Source: Eledone cirrhosa (Eukaryota). Taken from it: a DNA stretch of 64,000 nt. The stretch is taken from the NCBI GenBank assembly GCA_964016885.1, contig OZ024743.1, positions 66,588,001 through 66,652,000 on the forward strand, given 5' to 3'. Below the pieces are notes generated by a model. It searched no databases, was not told the origin of the DNA, and saw nothing but the letters and a program-made list of their open reading frames with translations. Positions 1 through 12,199 of this stretch are shown in pieces. Numbering within the stretch: the first letter of the stretch is position 1; each line of letters begins with the position of its first letter. Made by a program: the position numbers and the translations under genes.

Positions 1-255
1 ACAGAGAGTGAGTGAGTGAGTGGAAGTTCGAGGAAGAGGCCAGTCGAGAGAAAGTGTAACTGACAGAGGGGGCGAAAGAAGGTGAGATAATAAGAGAGAG
101 CGGGGAAGCAGTAAGAGAGAAAGAGACAAACGCAGCTGAGGCAAATATATATAAAAAACATGAGAAGAAAGGATACTGCGTGGTTGCACATGGGTTACAT
201 ATGATAAAAATAGTCCTTCGTCAGTGATTTTCCAACCTTCATTGGTATTTCATCG

Positions 256-258
<3 letters not shown>
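1..258 (-). mobile_element. Partial copy of the ~620-bp non-coding pLTR-like repeat family (see 7505-9115)
   Basis: Reverse complement matches parts of 7880-8500 (gcgatgaaatacc...gttggaa.atcactga.gaaggac...catatgtaaccca); ends in (TA)n. Confidence 0.7.
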
Positions 259-315
<57 letters not shown>

Positions 316-337
316 TATATATATATAATATATATAC

Positions 338-369
<32 letters not shown>

Positions 370-412
370 TAATTCAAAATATTAACAAAATAGATATTCT
401 TGTGATCAATTA

Positions 413-479
413 TATTTTATTATACATATTTCAGAGGTACTGAGTTAAGTTCAACAGTACGTCCTCATCAGATAAAATA
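413..479 (-). ncRNA. Type I minimal hammerhead ribozyme motif (family A)
   Basis: Minus strand: tattttat-CTGATGA-ggacgtactg..cagtacctct-GAAA-tatgta-TA-ataaaata. Confidence 0.8.
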
Positions 480-560
480 AGATGATGCATGACATACCCT
501 GACATAGTAGATGGTTAAGATTCAGTCATCTACTATGTCAGGGTATGTCATGCATCATCT

Positions 561-627
561 TATTTTATCTGATGAGGCCGTACTGTTGAACTTAACTCAG
601 TACCTCTGAAATATGTATAATAAAATA
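561..627 (+). ncRNA. Type I minimal hammerhead ribozyme motif (family A)
   Basis: Stem I tattttat(561-568)/ataaaata(620-627), CTGATGA 569-575, stem II gtactg/cagtac, GAAA 608-611, AUA cleavage triplet. Confidence 0.8.
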
Positions 628-766
628 TAATTGATCACAAGAATATCTATTTTGTTAATATTTTGAATTAATATTAATAACTCTGGAAAACCTATTTTCT
701 GTTGACTGCTTCCAATCTATTGTAAAACTCATTCTTTGATGTATTCATTGAACCTTGTTTAACTTT

Positions 767-857
<91 letters not shown>

Positions 858-1337
858 ACGTGGGTGAAATGTAGGAAACAGAAAACTCGGAAGACACAAA
901 CAAGGATAGTTCCCGTCTTCTGTGGATCATTATAGCTTTGGATGTTTAACGTTATTATTACGTAAGACCTGGTAAAAATAGCAGCTAAACAACTCCCATT
1001 CAAATTATAGCCTCCTGACATAAATAAAGCAAGAGCACATACAGAGTATTGTATTCCTAGATACACATACGAAAGAGACCGAATGTTCATTACTGGGATC
1101 TATTTGATTATAAATCAGTTCGGTCTGGGCTGACCTGGGGTTCAATAACTACAAACAACAATAAAGCAGGATTATGACACAATTCTCAATACAATGTCAA
1201 CTGGCCTTCTATCAGCCATGTAAAGCCAACACTGTCCACACGGATAACCTTTAAACTAAAGTTTCACATCTTGAGTTAATTCTAGTTGAAGTGAATCTGT
1301 CAGATCGAAGTACAGAATTGAAGTCATATTGAGGCAG

Positions 1338-1489
1338 TACCACTACCACCGTGGCTACCACCACCAGCACCACCACCAACAACAACAACAAGGCCACCAG
1401 TACCACCACCAATACCACCACCACCACCACCACCAATCCGCACAGTCAACGCCACCACCAGCGTTACCACTACCGCCACTGCCGTCACC

Positions 1490-1521
<32 letters not shown>

Positions 1522-1549
1522 GGTAACCAATACCACCGCCACCACCATC

Positions 1550-1581
<32 letters not shown>

Positions 1582-2065
1582 GGTCACCAATACCACCGCC
1601 ACCACCATCGCCACCACCACCACCACCACCAACAACAACAACAAGGTCACCAATACCACCGCCACCACCAGCCTTACCGCTGCCGTCACCACCGTCGCCA
1701 CTGAGGCCGTCACCACTGTTAACACAACCACCACCACCAACAACAAAAACAACAACAACATCAATACCACCTTCGCTACCCCCACAACACCCTAACCCAC
1801 CACCACCATCGCTACCCCCGACAACCCCCTAACCGACCTCCACCATCACTACTCTCCACAACACCCTAACTCACCACCGCCATCATTAACTCCGACAACC
1901 CCCTAACCGACCACCACCATCACTACCCTCCACAAAACCCCAATCCACCAACACCATTACTACCCCACACACAACCCTCTAACCCACCACCACGATCACT
2001 ACGCCTAAAACCCCATAACCCACCGCCACCATCACTACCTTCCACAACAGCCTAACCCACCTAAC
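1338..2065. repeat. (CAC/CAA)n low-complexity tract grading into a ~40-bp C-rich minisatellite
   Basis: Repeated accaccacc/aacaacaac blocks and 'caccaccatcactac..acaaccccctaacc' units. Confidence 0.9.
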
Positions 2066-2095
2066 ATTCTATTTATTATATTCAATAAAGGGACG

Positions 2096-2285
2096 GTGGA
2101 TTGGCAGTATCGGTAGAGGGTCGGACGTCATGCTTTGACGCATAAAGTTACCGCCCTTTCCATTCTGAGTTCAAATTCCGCCGAGGTTAACTTTGCCTTT
2201 CATCCTTACGGGATCGATACAATAAAGTACCAGTAATGTACTGGAATAATTGCTGGCCTTAGGCCAAAAAGTAGAAAATTATTAT
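2096..2285 (+). mobile_element. tRNA-derived SINE (octopus-type family 1)
   Basis: A-box-like tggcagtatcgg, B-box gagttcaaattcc, core ctttgcctttcatccttacggg.tcgata.aataaagtaccagt; more than 10 copies in the window. Confidence 0.85.
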
Positions 2286-2734
2286 ATTCAATCTGAACAT
2301 TAAGCTTTGCTTACGTGATTGGCTTTATATAGATTGTAGTTAGCTGTATTCGTGGGACACATATGCGTGTGTGTGTATGTTCTCAGGTCTCGAATGATCG
2401 TCCGCCCTCCCCCGCTTACTAATTTTTCAACAACACTCCACTCGCTTTTTAAATTTTGCTCATTTATCTCCGGTTAAATTTTATTCTACGTGGTACAATT
2501 CCTGCGACAATTAACAAAAAAATTATACATGACAAAAAAGAACATTACAAGAAAAGCCATATATTATAAAATAAATAGGATGGTTTGTAAGTTAAACGAC
2601 TAATTCTGGAGTCAACCTAGAAAAGTTACCGATTCCCTCCCCTTTATTCCAACCGTCCTTGTTATTTGGGCCCCGAGAGTATATATATATATATATATAT
2701 ATAGACGTACAGGCGGATATATGCATGAATATAT

Positions 2735-2990
2735 ATCATTTGCTCCTCAACTTGAGAAAAACACTTAGCTGGCAACCAGTATTGCAGTGGTGATGACGTC
2801 ATATCTGCTGTAGATGACATTTTTTACCAACAGCATGAAAGCTTTTTCACCAATGGGATCCAAGTAAGGCAATACCAATGAAAGAAATATGTCGACTACA
2901 AGGGGGACTATATTTTTTAAAAAACCCTCATATAATCACATTCCTTGAGAATATCTTGGTCAACTTATGAACTTTTCAGCCGACACTTCT
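2735..2990 (+). mobile_element. Mariner transposon 3' remnant with right TIR
   Basis: Translates KHLAGNQYCSGDDVISAVDDIFYQQHESFFTNGIQ...KKYVDYKGDY (mariner C-terminus), followed by TIR-like tcttggtcaacttatgaacttttcagccgac. Confidence 0.75.
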
Positions 2991-3180
2991 TTCTCTGTAT
3001 CTACGAGATAGATAGCTGTATGTGTGTGTGTGTGTTAAGTATTACCGTAGAAAAGGTAAAGGAAAGAAGAGTGCTCTATGTATAGTACAGAGCTATTTGA
3101 CTACATCATAAACAACACAATATGATTATTTCATAAAATAATAATCAGGAAATAATAATTATATTGCGTTGTTTATTATG

Positions 3181-3257
<77 letters not shown>

Positions 3258-3369
3258 TATTTACAGATATACCAATTAAACAAAGTCACAGGTATATATG
3301 TGTTTTGGCAACTTTTCACGATGTGGCTCAATGAAGAATTAATAAATTAAATAATCAGAGCAAAATACT

Positions 3370-4296
3370 AGAGTATAGCATGTCCAGAGAATTATTTGAT
3401 AATATATATATACATCATCTCTACTCCCAATCAGCATAATTTACCACACAAAAATCAATTAGACCAGGCTTTAAGAATAAAAGGCATCTATGAAGAAACA
3501 GTAAATAAATACGCCACTGCGGCGTCTTCGCGCACAACCGCTATAGAATATTTACCCAACATTTCAACAGCACGTGGAAATTAATTAAATATACGGTCAA
3601 CCATACATAATTAGGTAAAAATTAATGTTAGAAATTTACCAGGATTAAATCACTAAATCCCGGCCCTTGGGTTTCGCTCACTTTTGAGATACCTTATTAA
3701 GGTTAATACTCGTGGTTTAGAGCTCTTCGTGGGACAAACTCGCTATGACATATTATTTTCCGAAGTTTGAGATAAAATTTGGGCGATATTGGGCTGCGCT
3801 TTCTAGCAACCAACCCACTCGCCGTAAGCAACCAATCACAGCCTTTCTGACTTGACCACTGCCACGTCACAGTTCTCAACCATTTTGAATTCGTGTTTGG
3901 CGGGTGCCACTTGGGAAAATAATATGTCCTAGCGAGTTTGTCCCCTGAAGAGCTCTAAAACTCGAGTATGATCCTTAATAAGGTATCACAAAAGTGAGCG
4001 AAACCCAAGGGTCGGGATTTAGTGATTTAATCCTGGTATGTATATAAGCATTTCTAACATTAATTTTTACCTAATTATGTATGGTTGACCGTATATTTAA
4101 TTAATTTCCACGTGGGTAAATATTCTATAGCAGTTGCACGCGAAGACGCCGCATTGGCGTATTTATTTACTGTTTCTTCATAGATGCCTTTTATTCTTAT
4201 AGCCTGGATTAATTGAGTTTTTGTGTGGTTAATTATGGTGATTGGGAGTAGAGATGATGTATATATATTATCAAATAATTCTCTGGACATGCTTTA

Positions 4297-4300
<4 letters not shown>
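3370..4300. mobile_element. Fold-back PLE pLTR pair (family B)
   Basis: ~400-bp inverted arms (3370-3770 / 3911-4300) around a ~140-bp spacer; each arm carries an HHR motif; related copy at 6520-7050. Confidence 0.8.
3940..4018 (+). ncRNA. Type I hammerhead ribozyme motif (family B)
   Basis: gtccc-CTGAAGA-gctc...gagc-GAAA-cccaaggg-TC-gggat; canonical GUC site; the mirror copy at 3657-3735 (-) has a mutated core. Confidence 0.85.
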
Positions 4301-4333
<33 letters not shown>

Positions 4334-4699
4334 CACACGTATAATTATTATAGAAAACGAAGAATCAGTGATGCATCGAAACACAATTTATGAACATATT
4401 ACAATTATTTCTCCAGCGACCAGCTCGAGGTACGATCTATTTGTGGATCGAACCTGACTCTGGATTCGAAAGTTCCTCATTTACGTCTAGCGACTTCGAA
4501 GCTAATCTTCCGTCTTATGTTATTCTGTCCCTTCGAGTTTCCCTCATCTGTCATCATCCTGCTTACGCGACCCCTCCATTCGTCAAGAATTCGAGTCGTC
4601 ATCTATCTTTGACCACTCTAAACTGCCCACTGTCTATTTCCATTCAGGCGTGAGCTGTCACTCACCTTAATTCAGCCGCCAGAATTACTGCTATATGGG

Positions 4700-5115
4700 C
4701 AGGGTGTTGTAATCTGCCTTGCATGTCCTCTGCAGGGAAGTTGCCTTGCGAATGGCGTTGTCTATAAATGTGTGGTTAGAACGCATAATGTTAAGCGCAC
4801 CTACATCGGCACAGCACCATGACCTTTAAATCGAGGATGTACAATCATACGAACTCATTCAAGGACCGGAGGAAGAGACACTCCACTAGACTGGCAGACC
4901 TGATATGGGTCTTGAAAGACAGTGGCACTGTGTACGATCTCAACTGGAGTATCGTTCAACGTGCAAAAGCATACTCGGCCGGCGAGGGGAAATGCAGGTT
5001 GTGCTTGTCCGAGGCCATGGAAATAGTGAGATTAAAGGGTGATGCAGTCAACCTGAAATCAGAGATCATCATAGCATGCAGACATCAACGAAAATGCACA
5101 CTCTCCGCATGGTAA
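4700..5115 (+). pseudogene. PLE GIY-YIG endonuclease fragment (Nematis-like)
   Basis: [49 protein letters not shown]; frameshifted. Confidence 0.8.
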
Positions 5116-5218
5116 CTCCCGGATGGTTTTAACCTGAGCCCTGTGGGGAGTATGGACGTCAGTCAGGGGGACGACGCAGGTAATGTGATGTGACATCGTA
5201 CATTTGATTACCATGTAT

Positions 5219-5402
<184 letters not shown>

Positions 5403-5427
5403 CTATCTATCTCATAGATATAGAGAA

Positions 5428-5680
5428 AGAAGGGTCGGCTGAAAAGTTCATAAGTTGACCAAGATACTCTTAAGGAATGTGATTATATGAGGGTTTTTTT
5501 CAATATAGTCCCTCATGTAGTCGACATATTTCTTCCATTTGTATTGCCTTACTTGGATCCCATTGGTGAAGAAGCTGTCATGCTGTTGGTAAAAAATGTC
5601 ATCAACAGCAGCTATGACGTCATCACCACTGCAATACTGGTTCCCAGCTAAGTGTTTTTCTCAAGTTGAGGAACAAAATG
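5428..5680 (-). mobile_element. Mariner 3' remnant (inverted duplicate of 2735-2990)
   Basis: Reverse complement of 2735-2990, including the flanks. Confidence 0.75.
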
Positions 5681-5994
5681 ATATATATTCATACATATAT
5701 GCGCCTGTGCGCCTATACATATATATACATATGTACATGTATACATATGTACTCTCGGGGCCCAAATAACAAGGAGGGTTTAAATGATTATTTCTATGGT
5801 TGATTTCTGCGGACTAGGAGAGGAAAGACTGTCTATATTTTATCTAATAATTCTTCAAACTTGCAATATTATATATAGCTCTGATTAATAAATATTTGCT
5901 TAATTAAATTTTTTCGTTGAGTCACACCGTGAATGGTAGCCACACTCATATATGTATCTGTGACTATGTCTAAACATATACATATCTCCCTATG

Positions 5995-6040
<46 letters not shown>

Positions 6041-6067
6041 CAATATGTTGAAAAGGTAACACACTAG

Positions 6068-6365
6068 AGAGAGATACAGTGCGCTATCAATTAAACAGGG
6101 AAAAACCCACCAGTGTATGGAATCTATAACCTATGAAAAGCAGACTATAGACGATAATTAAAAATATAAATTAAAGCGTAAATAAATATCTCTATAACTA
6201 TATAACACACGTACAAATCCAATGTATATAGTTATAGAGCTATTTATTTACGCTTTAATTTATATTTTTAATTATCGTGTCTATAGTCTGCTTTTCATAG
6301 GTTATAGATTTCATACACTGGTGGGTTTTTCCCTGTTTTATTGATAGCGCACTGTATATCTCTAT
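6068..6365. repeat. Long inverted repeat (~140-bp arms, ~20-bp spacer), probable fold-back element terminus
   Basis: gatacagtgcgctatcaa...ctataactatata / tatatagttatag...ttgatagcgcactgtat. Confidence 0.8.
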
Positions 6366-6454
6366 ATATTGTATTTTAAAGAGGTCAGGATTTCTTCTCC
6401 TTTGAGCACATTATTTACAGGGAATGGTGAGGCTCTATGGCTCCGTTGATTTAT

Positions 6455-6518
<64 letters not shown>

Positions 6519-6788
6519 AAACATGTCTATAGAATCACTAGATAAAATATATACCGTTTCCTCTCCCAATTAGCATAATTAACCATATAAAAATCAATTA
6601 GACCAAGCTATAAGAATAAAGGCTCTTATGAAGAAATCTCCGACAAATAACCGAAAGCAACCCTTCGCGGCGGTTGCGACGGAGTATTTATTGAGTATTT
6701 AGACAGCGTGCATAAATCGACCAGATATACAGTCAACTAAACAGAATTAGGTGTAAAATAAACTAGAAGAAAAGTGAACATATTTAAA

Positions 6789-6869
6789 TTACCTTTACCA
6801 TGGTTTCGTCCGCATTTTAAGATATCCGATAACATTGGAAATCTAGAACTTCGGATTCTTCAGGAGTTA
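6789..6869 (-). ncRNA. Hammerhead motif with weakened stem I (family B relative)
   Basis: CTGAAGA-atccg...cggac-GAAA-ccatgg-TA; palindromic stem III. Confidence 0.55.
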
Positions 6870-7061
6870 GCTCAAATTTAGACAATTAATTTTCCAAGGT
6901 GATCGCGCGCCAAGAATACATTAAAAAATGGCTAAGAATCGTGACGTGGCAGCGGTCAAGTTAGAAAGGATGTGATTAGTTGCTTACGGCTGGTAGGCTT
7001 TTTGCTAGAAAGCGCAGCCCAATACAGCCAAAATTGTATCTCAACCTAACGGGAGATTATT

Positions 7062-7295
7062 ACATATAAAGGTTTACATATATATATATATGAAGTCATA
7101 GATATATATGTGTTTTGCAACGGGTCACTTTGTGGCTCGATGAAGAATTAATAAATTAAATAAACATGTTTTATGATATATAGTTCTGATTATTTAATTT
7201 ATTAATTCTTCATTGAGCCACAAAGTGACCCGTTGCAAAACACATATATATCTATGACTTTATATATATATATATGTAAATCTTTATATATATAT
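7062..7295. repeat. Inverted repeat (~100-bp arms)
   Basis: aagtcatagatatatatgtgttttgcaacgggtcactttgtggctc / gagccacaaagtgacccgttgcaaaacacatatatatctatgactt; related to 3283-3360. Confidence 0.8.
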
Positions 7296-7504
7296 ATTAG
7301 ATTAGATTAGAGCAAACATCACGGACGCACTATCTCAAAATTATTTTTGAAAAGCATTAGAAATGCGCCACCGGTAAAACTTAAAACCAAAACTAAATAC
7401 TAACCAATACTATTACTAATTTTCACTTATTCCTAATTAAACTATGTTTCACTGTGAACTATTTGTCAGCATTTTCTATTCCGTTTACCAATATATATAT
7501 ATAT

Positions 7505-9108
7505 ATATGAAAAAAGTTTGTCCTTCATCCGTGATCTTCCAACTATCATAGGTATTTCATCGCTTTAAAGACCATATACCTCCGGTTGGTGCGAGCAACG
7601 GCTAAAAAAAGTCGTTGGGACACGTAAATATAGGGGACGCCAGGGTAAACAAACAAAATGGTGAGGCAACAGAAAGTGAGGAAGGAGGAAACAAGTCCCA
7701 TATTTCTATGAATTTAAGTTCGGTGAAATCGTGAACGAGAGAATAAAGACCAACAAACCTGGTTGAAATGTGAGCAAGGAAGGAATTTCGCACAGGTCTA
7801 ACGGGAGGAAGAAGGGGTCTGGTCTGCGAATTCCAGGAAGAGGCTAACAGAGAGAGAGACTGCTAGAAAGGGTAAAGATATTTTTTCCTCTGCTGCTACA
7901 CCGTCTTTTTCGTTCTATGTATCTTTACCCTTTCTAGCAATCTCTCTCTCTGTTAGCCTCTTCCTTACCTCACCCTTCACTCACTCATTCTCTGTCACTA
8001 CCTCTCCTCCTCCTCCTCTTTCTTCCCGTTTGACCTGTGAGTAACTCTTTTCTCTCACATTCTCGGCCAAGCTGGTCGGAATTTTTTCTCTCGCGTCTAC
8101 GATTTCACAGAACTTATGTTTACCGAATTCGCAGACCAGACCCCTTATTCCTCCCGTTAGACCTGTACGAAATTCCTTCCTTGCTCACATTTCAACCAGG
8201 TTTGATGGTCTTTATTCTCTCGTTCACGATTTCACCGAACTTAAATTCATAGAAATCTGGGACTTGTTTCCTCCTTCCTCACTTTCTGTTGCCTCACCAT
8301 TTTGTTTGTTTACCCTCGCGTCCCTTTATTTACGTGTCCCAACGACTTTTTTTAGCCGTTGCTCGCACCAACCGGAGGTATATGGTCTTTAAAGCGATGA
8401 AATACCTATAATAGTTGGAAGATCACTGATGAAGGACAAACTTTTTTCATATGTAACCCATTTGCAACTCCGCAGCGCCCTTATTATCATATTTACACAT
8501 ATTTTTTCCTCTGCTGCTACACCGTCTTTTTCGTTCTATGTATCTTTACCCTTTCTAGCAATCTCTCTCTCTGTTAGCCTCTTCCTCACCTCACCCTCAC
8601 TCACTCATTCTCTGTCACTACCTCTCCTCCTCCTCTTTCTTCCCGTTTGACCTGTGAATAACTCTTTTCTCTCACATTCTCGGCCAAGCTGGTCGGAATT
8701 TTTTCTCTCGCGTCTACGATTTCACAGAACTTATGTTTACCGAATTCGCAGACCAGACCCCTTCTTCCTCCCGTTAGACCTGTGCGAAATTCCTTCCTTG
8801 CTCACATTTCAACCAGGTTTGATGGTCTTTATTCTCTCGTTCACGATTTCACCGAACTTAAATTCATAGAAATCTGGGACTTGTTTCCTCCTTCCTCACT
8901 TTCTGTTGACTTCACCATTTTGTTTGTTTACCCTCACGTCCCCTTTATTTACGTGTCCCAACAACTTTTTTTAGCCGTTGCTCGCACCAACCGGAGATAT
9001 ATGGTGTTTAAAGCGATGAAATACCTATGATAGTTGGAAGATCACTGATGAAGGACAAACTTTTTTCATATGTAACCCATTTGCAACTCCGCAGCGCCCT
9101 TATTATCA

Positions 9109-9115
<7 letters not shown>
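7505..9115 (+). mobile_element. Non-coding element with PLE architecture: one inverted partial copy (7505-7879) plus two tandem ~620-bp copies
   Basis: Direct repeat with ~617-620 bp period (duplicate ORFs at 8037/8654); inverted 5' copy; further copies at 1-258, 49455-49640, 54500-55000 and 62320-62542. Confidence 0.75.
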
Positions 9116-9148
<33 letters not shown>

Positions 9149-9326
9149 AACTTACATTCACTTACACACACACACACTAAAATATATATATATATATATA
9201 TACAAAGGAATTGTGGTAAGGAACAAGATGGACCATAACGCAGCAGAGTACTCAATACTTAGGGTAGTAGAGTGGGAAAGTTATGAAAATTGTCCCCGCA
9301 TTGCGTGGAAACTTAGCTGAGAATAG

Positions 9327-9405
9327 ACTCCCTGATGACGTTAGGCTTCTCTATAGTTATTACATAACTATATTTATCCCCTTACAGAAACTAATTAGTT
9401 GGAGT
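9327..9405 (+). ncRNA. Type I hammerhead motif (family C)
   Basis: actcc-CTGATGA-cgttagg...ccttaca-GAAA-ctaattag-TT-ggagt; palindromic stem III; 3' half repeated at ~48105-48133. Confidence 0.75.
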
Positions 9406-9576
9406 GAAATTTTAGTAAGTAAGTAAATTTTCATAACTTTCTTATTTACGTCTTTCATATAATTGTTCTGCATTCCCCTGCATAGAACCACAAAGTTACT
9501 AAGACAAGACATATATATCTGCTAGCATAGGTATACATCGGTATACATATGTCGGTAGATATATTAATTCTTTATA

Positions 9577-9612
<36 letters not shown>

Positions 9613-9754
9613 GTAGAACACTGGAATAAATATCCGTAGTGGTAGAGCACTCAGTCCATGTGACGAGTTTGGTAGAAGTGGTAACACAACAGTTAGTTCA
9701 CCATACCGAGAACAATTGTTTTGTTCTCGGTATGGTGAACAAACTGTTGTGTTA

Positions 9755-9791
<37 letters not shown>

Positions 9792-9830
9792 TATATTACA
9801 CAAGTATCAAAGTTGTGTTTAAAACATTTA

Positions 9831-9923
<93 letters not shown>

Positions 9924-9998
9924 AATTGAAACAGTTGACGAAATTGAAACATTGATTTAAGACCAATTGAAACATTTGACGAAAGTCCATTTACTGTC

Positions 9999-10040
<42 letters not shown>

Positions 10041-10259
10041 GTAAGTATGTATGTATACGTACATATATATATGTATACAGACGTACAGTAGCATGTATAT
10101 ATATACATACAGGCACACATATATATATGCACGTATCAGTTTACCGAACATTTATTATAATGCTCGGTTTGTTCGTTTGTAAACAAACAAACACCCTGAA
10201 TTACGCCGTACAGTGTTTAGGCAACCACGTCACCTTTTTGTTCAACACTGACACAGGAA

Positions 10260-10300
10260 CGATGTACTAGTTTCAAGCTTATTAGCTATCGTCAGCACCG
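10260..10300 (-). ncRNA. 41-nt minimal type I hammerhead motif (family D)
   Basis: cggtg-CTGACGA-tagctaataagctt-GAAA-ctag-TA-catcg. Confidence 0.8.
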
Positions 10301-10977
10301 TATACCTTTCTGCCAGATGGTTGAACGTCCGAAAGTATATACTTTCCTTATGAAAATTAACGGCTGAGCAGCCTAATTTGCATATCGAGTGAGTTCAGTC
10401 GGCCAGGCGCACCGAAAACGATAAATGGAATAGAATGGAAATATAAAAATATATTGAAGTGAAAACCAAATCAAAGAGTGAGTGTGTTTTATTATTTCTT
10501 TCTGGCAATATTAGCACAGCATGATCCTCCCCAAATATAACAAAAATTCCTATCATTTTTATCTATATAATATACAGTTCTAAATATTTTGCAGGGAGCC
10601 TATGCATGCACGGATGCATGGTCTCATAACTCCCAAGGAATTTGTTGGGGTGCCGTATTGAGATATAGCGTTTCCAGGTTATTTTAATACCTGTCGGAGC
10701 CCATTCTCCCCACCCCACAGCAGATTTCTTCCAGGGAAGAATAGAGAATGAGAGATGGAAAGTGAGATAAAGAGACAGAGGAAGAATTGACCCAAGAACT
10801 TGATTGATACTTTTTTTTATATTGGCATCGAAATGTTGAAAAGCGAAGTTGACCTCGGGAGGATTTGAACTCAGAGAGCAGAGATTTATTTATTTCAGAT
10901 TTATTTAAACAGTACCGTCTAAGATAATTTCAAGCTGTTATTCTCTTATAATCAGGAGAATTCTAACAGGACTAATA

Positions 10978-11190
10978 TTGGTTTCTTATTTAGGCAGAAG
11001 ACCAAGAATGTTTTGGAAAAGTCGATTAAATCGACACCAGTGCATTACTGGTACTTTATTTTATCGATCCCGTAAGGATGCAAGGCAAAGCTAACCTCGG
11101 CGGGATTTGAACTCCGATCGTAAAGGTATGTACCGCTATGCCATAAGGCATGTTGTGTGACGCTCTACAGATACTTCTAATTCACCGTAA
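10978..11190 (-). mobile_element. tRNA-derived SINE family 1
   Basis: Reverse complement of the SINE core (actggtactttattttatcga..ggcaaag.taacctcggcgggatttgaactc). Confidence 0.8.
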
Positions 11191-12199
11191 TATCAAAAAT
11201 GCATCTTTGAATGAAGTAAACATTTTTTACCTTAAGGAGGATGGTTGAAGTGATCCTGTGTTTCCGTTGAAAGACACTAACCAAACTCTTTAGAAACTCT
11301 AGCACCTTGTGATTAACTGAGCTTAGATTAGTCACACTAAAGCATGCTGCTCATCCGATTTTCCGGAATCTCTCAGGAGATCAAGCGAAAAGGAACAAGT
11401 GAGAGAAAACAGCGGAACAGACTCCAATGGAGAATTTTCTGTGGCGATGAACCTGTGAAAAGCAGATTTCCAATCGGAAATGGTCTTTCTTTTCTAAGAG
11501 TGAGATTCGAGCTCGGGGCGAAGAGTGCCAAATTAAAATTTACCAATCATGTGACCCGGCACTTCGACGGCGCAGCCAACGATATATACAAGATTGTAAT
11601 TGTACAGAGTGAGCATAACGTCTTTGAAACCACAAAACACATTGAGCTTTTTGTTTCATAGATTTTATTTTGTTACTGAAAATTACAACTACTTCCTGTA
11701 GAAAAGATAATGCAAACATGTTCAGAAAAACTTTAAACTTGAAATGTATAAATTAAAACAATCTAAAAGTAAAATCTCAAATAGTATCCGAGATATGGTA
11801 TTACATAAACAGGGAAAGATTTTATGTTCACCCTGTATATTAAATGTGAAATGTCAATACCATCAACTAAACTTTCTATAGTATTTATGAGTATAATCTT
11901 TGGTTTTAGACTAAAGAATAACCGATTTCTCAACACCCCGTTTATTCCAACCCCTGGCTTATAAGAATTTAAGTGCAACCCTCTGTTTATTCCAATCCCT
12001 CCTATTATTTGGGATCCGAGAAAATACAGAATAAACGTTCGAACAAGACCTATTTTTTTTTATTATGCAAACATATCGATAACAACATATCAATAACAAC
12101 ATATCAATAACAAACATATTAATCCCTCAAATGGTTGGAGTGTTACCCCCATAATTCATACACTCCACTAGTCGAATACGGACACCCATACACACTCTG

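Larger units (their letters stand above)
367..770. mobile_element. Fold-back mini Penelope-like element (inverted pLTR pair plus ~100-bp tail)
   Basis: Near-perfect inverted arms 367-513/527-672; same sequence as the termini of the GIY-YIG element at 19080-21913; flanked by (TA)n. Confidence 0.85.

Noticed and set aside
1790-2065. ccctaacc motifs as interstitial telomeric repeats
   Set aside because: They are single hexamers inside a ~40-bp minisatellite, with no tandem TTAGGG.
8395-8440. GAAA...CTGATGA as a canonical type II hammerhead
   Set aside because: There is no properly placed NUH or stem I, and the stem II partner is 8 nt away from GAAA. It is kept only as a non-canonical candidate.
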